Assembly (NCBI GenBank): GCA_937625935.1
Contig: OW569356.1
Span: forward strand, 1-64,000
Length of the DNA stretch: 64,000 bases
DNA from: Tetramitus jugosus
Lineage: Eukaryota > Protista > Heterolobosea
Direction: 5' to 3'
The notes under the pieces are model-generated. The model made no database searches and had not been told where the DNA came from. It was given only the letters and a program-made list of their open reading frames with translations. Below are positions 8,169 through 18,013 of this stretch, piece by piece. The position numbers were made by a program, and so were the translations under genes. Each line of letters begins with the position of its first letter. Position 1 is the first letter of the stretch.

Positions 8169-10004
8169 TCATTCTTCAAGAGAGCATTCTTCAATATGTA
8201 CCTCACCTATACTATCATCTGTCACGATTGTCTCCGCTATCCCAAATCTACTGTCTTCAATATCAAAAACAAAAACAGTGAGATGCAACTTCAAATCAGA
8301 TCTGGATTGCAAGATCAAATGATGATTCGCATAATTCTTCTGCTTCATCTGTGCCAAAGCTTGATTCTTGAACGCTGACAGACCTTTCTTTAATTTGTCC
8401 TGCACAAATTTGTACTCGATAATATGCATTGATCGCTTCAATTTGATGAAAAGATCCAGAGTTCCGTCCAGCGTGGATCCTTCTGCCAAAAAAGTAAGCT
8501 GAGGGAAATGGCGTTTCAAATGAAGCATTGATACGTACAATGCTGCTGCATACACAGCTTCAATCTTGCCAACATTCTTCTCTCCTTGTATTGTCCGGAA
8601 CTTTGGGTGAGGAAAGGACTTGATCAATCTTCCGAGTTGCTCAAATAATTTCTTCATGTTTTCCTCTATCAGTGCTTCTTTCATCTTGATTGTAATATCA
8701 TTGTTATCAACTAACCCCAGTCTTGCTGATAGATCACTAATCAATGTTTCTCGAACAGAATTGTTGGGTACTGTTAGTTTGTTGTCTTTGATCGTCAAGT
8801 ATCCTGTCTCATAAAACAACTTTTGCATTGTTCGTGTTGAGGGTTTGATCAACTCACTCAAGTCGACAGGCTGAGTAAATTTGTTCACCACTCCTTGCGG
8901 TTCAATGATTTCAACAATGGAGTGAACCGTTGGATCAAATAATGTCCATAGGTGCATGCTTCTACCTCTTGCTGCCCAGTAATTTTCGAATTGGTGTTTC
9001 TTCAGAAGTTGATTCAGATCCCAAGGATTCAGAAGCCCTTCTGTTGCATCAGTGCAGAAATTGTAGCCATAATATTCATTGATAATTCTCTCATCCAAGT
9101 TGGCACCATACTTTCGCTCAAGTTCCTCATATGCATTCGGGTATGTATTTCTTACTTCGTCTAATGTATATCCTGTCAGAGCGTGCAAGGATGTATCAGT
9201 TGACATATCGTCAAGATCATTCATCGATGAAAATAGATTGGTATATGAAAACTTGGTCACACCAGTCATAAATAACAAGTGAATCATTGATCCAAGAGCC
9301 TTGAGTGGAGAGAAGAAAGCTCTGAGCACGTCTCTATTCTTCTTTGCAAGTGAAATATTGGCCTGATCTGTCAGATTTTCAGCAATTGCTTTCGTAATTG
9401 GACCGTCATATTCATCAATCAAAATGATTACTTGTCCAGATGGTGAGTGTCTAGCAATGTACAGTATTGTTTCGTGCAACATTCCCTCAACATCATTTCT
9501 GTTTGAAAATGCTGCCTCAATATATGCAGGTATAACCAACTTGTTCTCATAAAAGCTGTGCTTGAGAACACGTATAATACCAGAGACAGGGTCGAAAGTT
9601 GAGCAAAAAGAGAAATCCAAATGTAGTACAGGCATGTCTTTCAACTTTGTGAACAAATCCTCAGAGTTGTAAATCTCAAATTGTTGTTCATTGTTCTCCA
9701 ATGGTCCAAATGCTTCTCTTTTTCCCAAGGCAATAAGTTTCATTTGTTCAACTGTCAAAGATTTTCCCATCTTTCTTGGTCTTGTAAACAAAATCTTCTT
9801 ACCAAATTCTAGTCTCATAATTCTTTCAATCATCTTGGTTTTGTCAACAAACTTGGCACCACGCTCTCGCTCACGAAAAAAGTTTTGGGTTGTTGGAATG
9901 ACCTCGAGAGATTGATTGCGTTGTTGGGTCTTGAGATTGAAAGAACTGCGGTTCATGAAGAGACGATTCGTCCTTGAACAAAAGACACGCGAGGAACACA
10001 GCAT
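8169..10004 (-). CDS. AAA-ATPase-like domain (PF09820 type) plus C-terminal PD-(D/E)XK nuclease (PF08011 type), with a mitochondrial-like presequence
   Basis: FVDKT, RPRKMGKSL (Walker A), ILIDEYD.PI (Walker B), TGVTKFS, YYGYNF, NPW, NYW, LFYETGYLTI, VPNNSVR; nuclease motif E...GTLDL...IIEYK...ALAQM...Y. Confidence 0.9.
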   Translation of the reverse strand: MLCSSRVFCSRTNRLFMNRSSFNLKTQQRNQSLEVIPTTQNFFRERERGAKFVDKTKMIERIMRLEFGKKILFTRPRKMGKSLTVEQMKLIALGKREAFGPLENNEQQFEIYNSEDLFTKLKDMPVLHLDFSFCSTFDPVSGIIRVLKHSFYENKLVIPAYIEAAFSNRNDVEGMLHETILYIARHSPSGQVIILIDEYDGPITKAIAENLTDQANISLAKKNRDVLRAFFSPLKALGSMIHLLFMTGVTKFSYTNLFSSMNDLDDMSTDTSLHALTGYTLDEVRNTYPNAYEELERKYGANLDERIINEYYGYNFCTDATEGLLNPWDLNQLLKKHQFENYWAARGRSMHLWTLFDPTVHSIVEIIEPQGVVNKFTQPVDLSELIKPSTRTMQKLFYETGYLTIKDNKLTVPNNSVRETLISDLSARLGLVDNNDITIKMKEALIEENMKKLFEQLGRLIKSFPHPKFRTIQGEKNVGKIEAVYAAALYVSMLHLKRHFPQLTFLAEGSTLDGTLDLFIKLKRSMHIIEYKFVQDKLKKGLSAFKNQALAQMKQKNYANHHLILQSRSDLKLHLTVFVFDIEDSRFGIAETIVTDDSIGEVHIEECSLEE

Positions 10005-11069
10005 TGGTTTTTGTTGGTGTCTTGGTTTTTTTGTTCACTGTAGACCAACAAATTTTGCAGGTCGGAATAAATCAAGACTGTAGTTCCAAATGTAACGGTC
10101 ACGAGGGAGTTTATGTTCCTATGGAAGAATTCGTCCTCCATGGAGGAGGTCTCTAACTTCTCTAGGCATGAATGATGTGGATAGGCGTACTTTTTGGGAG
10201 GTTCATTTCACTCCCACGAATATGACGAACTCCATGGATCTTTCGGTTGAACCTGTTCTTGTGCTTTGTCATACAGAAAGACAGAGACTTGAAGCTATCA
10301 TTTCAAGAATTAAACCACTCACTGACTTTGGAATTATCAATGAATTGTCATTGGAAGAACTGAAACGTTCTCTGGATCCAGAGAGAGTACTTTCATTTGA
10401 TCACGTTACCAACTCTTTGGATGAGAGGAATTTGAAAGCATCTACTAATTGTATCAGATCGCTTCTGGATCAGAAAACAGACATAAATTCAATGAAGATG
10501 ATTTCTCGAATTGTAACAGATGAGCGAGTCTCAGAAAGAAGTAGAACATTGATAACTTCTGTACTCAGACAGTTCGTCCCACTCTACCAATTAACCCATA
10601 ATGCAGAAATTATCAGTTCATTTTGAGGATTGTGAATGGTTCGGTTCTCATCCATTGAATCAATACTGCAGTGTTTCCATACTCTTGAAGAAAACTTCGA
10701 ACAGAATGTCAAGCAAAGACTTTACTGATTTGATGTGTGATCCAAACCTATTGAATGGACTGGGATTAGATGAATGGATAAAAAAGCAAAACCTGTCCAA
10801 ATGCTTCCTAGTTCCTTCTCATGCAGGATAGAAATCATGCCAGATATGCTATCTATCCAAGTATGAAGAACTTGTTTGTTGTAGCATGTGAAGATCGTTC
10901 AACAATTCATAATCTTGTGACATTCCTGCAAGACACTATTCGGCAAGATACTGGCAACCTCTATCATTTCTGAATGTTCCTTGAGCGCATTGAACATCGA
11001 CACTTCTACAAGGAGGCAAGGATCTGTGTAAATCCAGGAGAAGTGCTCCATAAACAAAACCGAACACAC

Positions 11070-12642
11070 ATGTGGAGCTCTGACAAGAACATAAAATGGT
11101 TGGTTGCCCTCTTGACCCTCTCTGTCTCATCCTATTTCTTTCTGCTCTCAATTTCTCATCTTCCCCCACGGCAAGACACCTCAATAGTCCACAAGGTCGT
11201 AGAACCTGCAAAGGCTCCAAAGGTGGTGAACACAGAAAAACAACAAATTGTGAAAGAACAGCAACAACAACCTTCAAAGTCCACCAAGAATCATACATGA
11301 GAATTCATGTGCTTTTGGTTTGTTGTCATGGAAGTCTCCCAAGGGTTTTTTGAACATTTGGTCTCCAAGTCTACGACAAGCGTCGACAGTAGCTTTGAAA
11401 GAAGCAGTGAATATTACTGTTCTTGTCCAAGAGGCTATGATCAACATGGTTGTGCGAAGAGCAATCAAGAATTGAAGATTCCACAATTTCGAATGGCTCG
11501 TTGCACTTATGGATGGCACAACATTGAATTTAACAAATTAAGAAACGAAACCAACGTAAAACATCTAAAAAAAATGGAGAAACTGTTCAGTAGATTTAGA
11601 TCTCTCAACGATTCATTTACTGTTGACCTATAATCAAAAGCTGTTTTATGATTCGACAGAGCCATTGCTAACTGGAGACATGACTAGAAGTGAATGGTTC
11701 AATGGAAAATCCATAATTCTAGGTAAAGTGCTTTACACGTTCATGTTTAGCAAATGTGGGGCATTGGATGTCATTGAATACATGTTGAATATAATGTACT
11801 CCAAAGATCATTACTTTGTGTTGTTTTTATCAGAGAACATGAACAATTGCCGAAAACAGGTGGAAGATATGGTTGAGAGAATACGACTCGACAATAGTGA
11901 AGCGACCAACATTTGGATCGTTCCTCAACATCTCTCGTTTAAAAGTTACAGAGCGCATATTACACTTGTGTACATGAACATTATTCCTGTCCTTTACAGT
12001 TTTCTCAACGGAATGACAGACTGGAGTCACGAAGTCAATTTATCAGAGGCGCATTTCCCATTGACGTCTACCAATCAATTCTCTCAATTTTTAAGGAATC
12101 GGTCATCAATATTCCAAACATTTGTATCTACTGATTACCCGAAACCCAATGAGAGATACAAGTATGTCACGTACTCGTGTACCTCACTTGATGTTTTGAG
12201 CGAAATGTTTGGTTCTCGAGATATCATAGCCATTGGAGGTTCTCAATGGAAGATTTGGTCCAATGTTCAATGGAGGTTGATGTTGAGTAGTGTCACTGCT
12301 TTGAACACATTGTTCAAATTCAAGTACTCCATTATTCCTGATGAGTTGTACTTTTCAAGCATTACACATACATTTACCACCTTGCACAGCGGTAATTCAT
12401 CAGCACCTGTCCTCATGGTGGACGGAACTCGAACAATCCTGCCTAACTTAGTGAATGTTAAGGATAATTTGACATACCTGAAATGGGTTCATGGAAGAGG
12501 TAGTCCGCTGCCAATCCCGGACCAATACCGAGAGGAAGTTATAAAGTTTGCGCAATCTGGAACGAAATTCTTTGCTAGAAAGATGATGAATGTCCTCATG
12601 GCCAAGAACATCACACGAACACTTGGGTTTTCCAAAGATTAA
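11070..12642 (+). pseudogene. Core-2/I-branching (GT14, xylosyltransferase-like) glycosyltransferase, disrupted
   Basis: Type II membrane anchor after ATG 11070; NLSEAHFPL, GGSQW, IPDELYF, NLTYLKW and FFARKM motifs. In-frame TGA at 11298-11300 and a frame change near 11625; unrecognised introns are not excluded. Confidence 0.7.
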
Positions 12643-12877
12643 AGACAAAGGATTGAATACACAATATTATCCACAATCTTCGTGGTCTTAACTTTGTTTT
12701 AAAAACAATGAACAAGAGAATCAATCATATTTCATATCCAAGACAGTTGGATTGTCCACTCCAAATAACGATGACAAAAGATAGCCCGTTATCACAGCAA
12801 GAACCAACAATCTGCAATTGCGGCTTTGCGATCGATATACCTGGATTCAGAAACGATACAGAGTTGCTTCTTTAATA

Positions 12878-13308
12878 TCAGAGCTGGGAGATGTCTTCCT
12901 CAGTTGTCGTCAAATCAAGCTGAGCAAGGACGACACCCCCAGGTAATCCTTTGAACGGTCTACCTCCTTTTGAATCAATGAATGGATCATATTTAACTAG
13001 AGGTCCAAATTTGTAACCGTTCTGTTCGCAAAGGATACGTGTGAAGAGTGTGGAGCACTCCGCGATGGCCTTTTGGAATCCTGCTTTTTTTCCCAGAACG
13101 ATACTTAATTTCTCTAAAATAACGCCCACGCCATACTTTGATACTTCTGGATCAATTGCAGTGAAAGATTGATACATAACAATGCCAGGCTGTTCGATCC
13201 GCTGATAACCCTCCATCGCCTTGTCCAACACTTCAAACACTGGAGCGTGTCTTTCAATCCAAGTAGGATCAATTGGATTCCCTGGAGAAGCTAACTTGTT
13301 CATGTTGT
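12878..13308 (-). CDS. 3' part of the Ebony-like NRPS (C-terminal half of the AANAT/GNAT-fold domain), separated by the insertion
   Basis: TAIDPEVSKYGVGVIL...GKKAGFQKAIAECSTLFTRILCEQNGY matches the AANAT-like GNAT C-half; joins in frame to 14541 when the insertion is removed. Confidence 0.8.
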
Positions 13309-14539
13309 CACGGGACGGTTTTTTGGTTTTAAAACCGAAAAATAGGTCGACGAATTCCCGTCAAACTCCATTTCCCAAGCCTATGAGGCGAGCTGGACCA
13401 AGGCGAACCCAGATTATAGCAATAACAGTACATTAAAGTCCTATATAAGCAGCTGGAACTGGTATTGTCAAGCCTATAGCTCTTTTCCTACATTTTCAAA
13501 AACCACAATGTCACAAATTTGTTGTGTGAAAAATGGCGACGGAGTAAACAGCAAGCCAGCAAAGCGAGAGCGAGAGATGACATTTCGAATGATAAGTTTA
13601 ATGATGCTAGGTTGTGGCTTGTCTATGTTGTACTGCCATCTATGGTCTCTTGCATAGTAAGCTTTGCTTCTTCCTTCAGATCAAATCGCCTAACACCTTG
13701 CAACATATAGTGAACCTGGATCACTGATATTCCCTTACTTATTGTACAGGAATAAATTCGCACTGATCTGATATTCTTCTAGTCACTTGACAGTCGACGA
13801 GTACAGGAACAACTGGTGCCGTTTTGCCCTTTAGCATGCTAGCAACAGCTCTCTTTTCCTCAGCAGATCCAATCACATACTGATCAATTTCCTTTCCATC
13901 GCGGTCTCTTGTCTCATATTTCATTTGAACGTACATTGACTTGTCCTTCTGGTTATACATCAGGATGACTGGATATGTCAAACAGCATTTCATACCAGTT
14001 CTCGCAATAGATCTTGTTGCTTCATCTCCAAATACATCCTTAAACTTCTTCAGAGACATGATGGCACGGATAGAGTTCTGAACAATGTTTCTAGGGTTCT
14101 GTTTTCCAAACGAATACTCCAATGTACCTCCTACAAATGTATTGTACTCGGATCGTTCCAGACAATTAACAGTGCTAAACCGTTTGAACTCTCTGATTGG
14201 CTTCTTTGCAGTCATACGCTTTCTAATTGACTGCAACACAGTATTCTGAATCATTTCCCTCCTCGATTTGCTCAGTCTTCCTTCACGGGCATCATCATTG
14301 CTGTCTGCACGCCTCCTCCCTCCTTCAGATACTGGACCACTTCTGTATTCACGTCTTCTGAAATCTACTGTCAACTCATAGTCAGCCAAATAAGCTGGTG
14401 CTTGTCTCACACGTGATGGCATGCTTGTTTGTTGTTAAATGTTGACTAACGGTAACGCCGTTGGCCATTCATTGTCATCTCTTTTTTTGTGTTACAATGC
14501 ACAGGATTGTCGGTTTTGAACCCAAAAAACCTTGCCGTG
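13309..14539. mobile_element. Non-autonomous DNA transposon with ~30-bp imperfect TIRs (5'-CACGG...CCGTG-3')
   Basis: Left end CACGGGACGGTTTTTTGGTTTTAAAACCGA vs reverse-complemented right end CACGGCAAGGTTTTTTGGGTTCAAAACCGA (26/30). Removal of 13309-14540 restores the NRPS frame. Confidence 0.85.
13739..14422 (-). CDS. Basic 227-aa orphan protein carried inside the TIR element
   Basis: Intact ATG-to-TAA ORF; no DDE transposase motif recognised. Confidence 0.6.
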   Translation of the reverse strand: MPSRVRQAPAYLADYELTVDFRRREYRSGPVSEGGRRRADSNDDAREGRLSKSRREMIQNTVLQSIRKRMTAKKPIREFKRFSTVNCLERSEYNTFVGGTLEYSFGKQNPRNIVQNSIRAIMSLKKFKDVFGDEATRSIARTGMKCCLTYPVILMYNQKDKSMYVQMKYETRDRDGKEIDQYVIGSAEEKRAVASMLKGKTAPVVPVLVDCQVTRRISDQCEFIPVQ

Positions 14540-14540
14540 T

Positions 14541-16623
14541 AATTATCAATCGCAAGAGAACAACCTACTACTTTACCATTCAATTTTGCAATTATCGATA
14601 AGTTGTGGTTGGGAACCTCCATGAAGAAAGGAGTGAAGAAATATAGTGTCTCTGCAGCTGATAGTCTCAAGAAATTTGCAAGTGGTTCCTCAGTTTCATA
14701 AATTGTTGCAGCAAATAGAGAAACTTCATCCATATCATTCTCATCATAATAGTCGAATGAGATACCTGAATGGAGATCAACTACAGGAAATTGATTTGGC
14801 CAAGTGTGTATATCTGAAGGAATATGGAGCCTATCTTGTTGCGGGCTTTCAATACCTGTATGATATGAATCTGCATGATCTCCAGCTTCAGCAAAATGCA
14901 CCACTTTTGTTGCAAGATCTCGAAGAGTAAAAGAGAGAATGAAATCGCGATGAGAAACAATGATGCCCTTATCCTTTTTCAACTTCATCTTAATCAAGGA
15001 GATGTTCAACGAACTTATGCCAAGAGAATCAATTTCGTCATCAGGTCCCACCTGAATACCCAATATTTGATTGATAGTCTCACACAAATCTGACTCAACT
15101 TCATTCGAATAGTCACTATTGACGGTGATGATTGGTTTATCGAGTTGAGATCGATCAATTTTTCCATTGCAATTCAGAGGTAGCTGATCTAGCACCACAT
15201 ACTTACTGGGAATCATGTAATCCATCAATTTATCTTTCAGAAAGAGTGGAATATCCTGTATTTCGAATTGAGTTTGGCTCAGAGTGAGATATGCAACCAA
15301 AAAGCCAAAAGAATCTGATTCCTTCCAAAACTTTGTGACACACTTCGTCACACCAGGGCACTTTTCGATCAAGATTTCAACTTCTTCTAAGTCAACGAGC
15401 ATTCCTCGAATCTTTACTTGGTTATCAATCCTCCCTAGATACACCAAATCACCGTTTTTGAGTCTCTTACCAAAATCACCCATCTTGTACATCCGAGAAA
15501 AGGTCGAACATGTATCATATTGACACTCTACAAATCTTTCAGATGTTAACAACTCATTGTTGAGATATCCTTTTGCCAGTCCAACACCACTAACAACAAT
15601 CTCTCCCTGATCTGCCAGTTGTTGGAATTCGTCAACAAGATAAACTTTCATACCGTTAATTGGTTGACCAATTGGAATCACTCCTCGATGTACATCACTC
15701 ATTGTAACTCTATGAAATGTAAGATCAGAAGATACTTCACTTGACCCATAGACGTTGAGGAGTGTAACACTGGCTGATAAAGATAGATATTTTCTACTTA
15801 CTTCCACTGATAGAGTCTCTCCACTCGATTCCCAATGATTAAGATGAGGTAAAACTCTTGGTAGATCATACATGTTAAAGAGTGTATCTAACACAGAAGG
15901 AACAGTTGCCAGTCGAGTAACCTTTGATTCTGAGAGAGCTTCCACAAGGACATGAATATCAGTTCTCCAGGAATCATTCACTAGGCGCAGAGGAACACCT
16001 TTTAACAATGGTTGAAATATCTCTGCGATAAAATCTGTAAAGCTCACGACTGTCTTGGAGCAACATACATCATTATCATTGTAGGGGTATGAGTCCCACA
16101 TGTACTGACAACGGTTTATCACACCAATGTGTGTTCCAATAGTACACTTTTGCTTGCCGCTGCTACCTGATGTAAATATGAGGTAGGCAGATGATGATGT
16201 ATCTATTGACAGCCCCAGATTCTGCTCTTCACACTCGCTAAACATGTCCCAATGCGAAAGGATTAAGTGTTCTGTCATATTGTCCATAATTGTCCGAGAA
16301 ATAATCAGAGAAGGATTGGAAACCTGGACAATGTTATTGAATCTTTCTGATGAAGTGGAGGGATCGACAGCCAGAAAAACGTGTCCTGTTTTCAGCACTG
16401 CCAACAATGCAGCTACGAAATCTATACTTCGTTCAATCGTCACCACAATGACTGAACTGCCAGGAAAGTGCATAGACTGGATGTAGTGAGCAAGACGATT
16501 TGCCTTGCGATTTAATTGTTCATAGGTAATGGTAGAGAGGTCACAATCCACCAAACATTCGAAATGTGGATGTAAGGATGCTTGTTCTTCGAATAGGCCG
16601 TGCAGAGTGAGGATTTGTTTCAT
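14541..16623 (-). CDS. Ebony-like single-module NRPS: adenylation + thiolation + N-half of AANAT/GNAT domain (5' part)
   Basis: TYEQLNRKANRLA, FTSGSSGKQK, KTVVSFTDFIAEIFQPL, SSGETL, NVYGSSE, PIGQP, YKMGD, GRIDNQVKIRG, NGKIDR; PCP motif LGISSL; then YETEEPL...LSIIAKLNGKVVGCSLAID. Confidence 0.9.
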
Positions 16624-16750
16624 TTGTCTTCTTTGTGTTTGGTCTTGTTGCTGCCCAAGACTACCTTCGTATCTGGAAATTGCAAATTGAGTATCTTCCG
16701 CAAGCCCAAGTTCAGATTTTTAGGGTTCTCCGAGGAGTTTGCATTCCAAT
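16624..16750. promoter_or_regulatory. 127-bp divergent (bidirectional) promoter region between NRPS and b5-YqcI/YcgG genes
   Basis: Head-to-head ATGs at 16623 (-) and 16751 (+). Confidence 0.6.
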
Positions 16751-17965
16751 ATGGAAAAATCAAAACTTCTCCTGAAGAAGGAAAAGGCAGGTCAATTCAA
16801 AGACCTGTGGACCACAACTGTGCGAAGAACAAAAATGATATTCCTTGCCATATGGTCCAGCGTCCTCAAGTTCATCGCAACTTTGTTGGGACAGATTTCA
16901 TTTGGGCAAAAAAATTCATCCATGACCATGGAAGATATCGAGTCAGAATGTAAGAAAGGAAGATTGCTAGTTGTTATTGGAGGAAAGGTTCTCGATCTTA
17001 CCCACTTTAAGTATCACTCTGGTGGTTTCGACACCCTGGAGCAATTTAAAGGCACGGATTGCTCTCTTGTTTTCAACCGGGTTCACAAGATGACACACAA
17101 TATTTCCAAGTTTGTTGTGAGTCAAGTTGTTCCCAAGCCAGAACAACCACAGACAATGAAACAAGAAATAATGGAGGATTCAGATATTCTCAGATCTGAA
17201 ACAAGTACAGAATCTACTCGATGCGTAGTGTACAATGACACCGAGAAACAATTTGGTTCACTTGATTCAACTCACTTTGATACAACCCAACAGCCTGATA
17301 TCATGAGAGAACTCGCATTGTTCACCAAATTTATCCGATCTGACCAATATCCGTGTGTAGCAGGCCGAATAGCGTTTGTAAAGAAATCCTTCTGCTTTGG
17401 TCTCTATTCCAGAATGGGAGATCATCAATCGGCATTTAACGTGTGGACTGATCTTGTTCGGTTCATTCGATATCAGAACGCTCAATGGAGAAATGGCAAC
17501 ATATTTACTACTTTCGTTGCGATATTCCAGGGAACTGAAGTTAATGATGAAGATGAATTTCACGATTTACTCTGGAAACATCTGCAGATCATGCATAATA
17601 TCGATCATGAGAAGAAGAGTACTTGGCCATCTCATATTCCTCAGAACGTACTTGATCCACACTTTTCTTTTGTCATTGCAGGACGTCCATTCTTCCTCGT
17701 AGGTCTACATCCTAATAGTTCCCGGAAAGGAAGAACTTATCATGAGCATGCGATCGTTTTCAACTCCAAGTATCAATTTGATAAACTGAGGGAGTATGGA
17801 ATAATGCAGGATATTTTTGCTATCACAAGAGGAAGAGACCTGAAGTTCAATGGATCGATAAACCCCAATTTGATACCCTTAGATGATTACTCGGCAGCGC
17901 TCCAATACAGTGGAAAGGAACTGACAACCACTTCGAAACTGAACTTTGAAACAAACACGAAATAA
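16751..17965 (+). CDS. Cytochrome b5 domain fused to a YqcI/YcgG-family (GntA/DcsA-like) heme guanidine N-hydroxylase
   Basis: b5: VVIGGKVLDLTHFKYHSGG...GTDCSLVFNRVH. YqcI/YcgG: YPCVAG, FSFVIAGRPFFLVGLHPNSSRKGR, VFNSKYQFDKLR, RGRD...GSINPNL, AALQYSG. Confidence 0.88.
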   Translation: MEKSKLLLKKEKAGQFKDLWTTTVRRTKMIFLAIWSSVLKFIATLLGQISFGQKNSSMTMEDIESECKKGRLLVVIGGKVLDLTHFKYHSGGFDTLEQFKGTDCSLVFNRVHKMTHNISKFVVSQVVPKPEQPQTMKQEIMEDSDILRSETSTESTRCVVYNDTEKQFGSLDSTHFDTTQQPDIMRELALFTKFIRSDQYPCVAGRIAFVKKSFCFGLYSRMGDHQSAFNVWTDLVRFIRYQNAQWRNGNIFTTFVAIFQGTEVNDEDEFHDLLWKHLQIMHNIDHEKKSTWPSHIPQNVLDPHFSFVIAGRPFFLVGLHPNSSRKGRTYHEHAIVFNSKYQFDKLREYGIMQDIFAITRGRDLKFNGSINPNLIPLDDYSAALQYSGKELTTTSKLNFETNTK

Positions 17966-18013
17966 AAACATCAGATCTTGTAAAATCATTAGGCTGCTTT
18001 TTATCAGTAAATA

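Noticed and set aside
10020-11030. HD-domain (SAMHD1-like) relic suggested by LERIEHRHFYK and NGLGLDEW
   Set aside because: Fragments are broken by stops and no HD motif is visible; too weak to call.
13309-14540. Insertion removed as a spliceosomal intron
   Set aside because: On the coding strand its ends are CAC...GTG, with no AG acceptor near the 3' junction.
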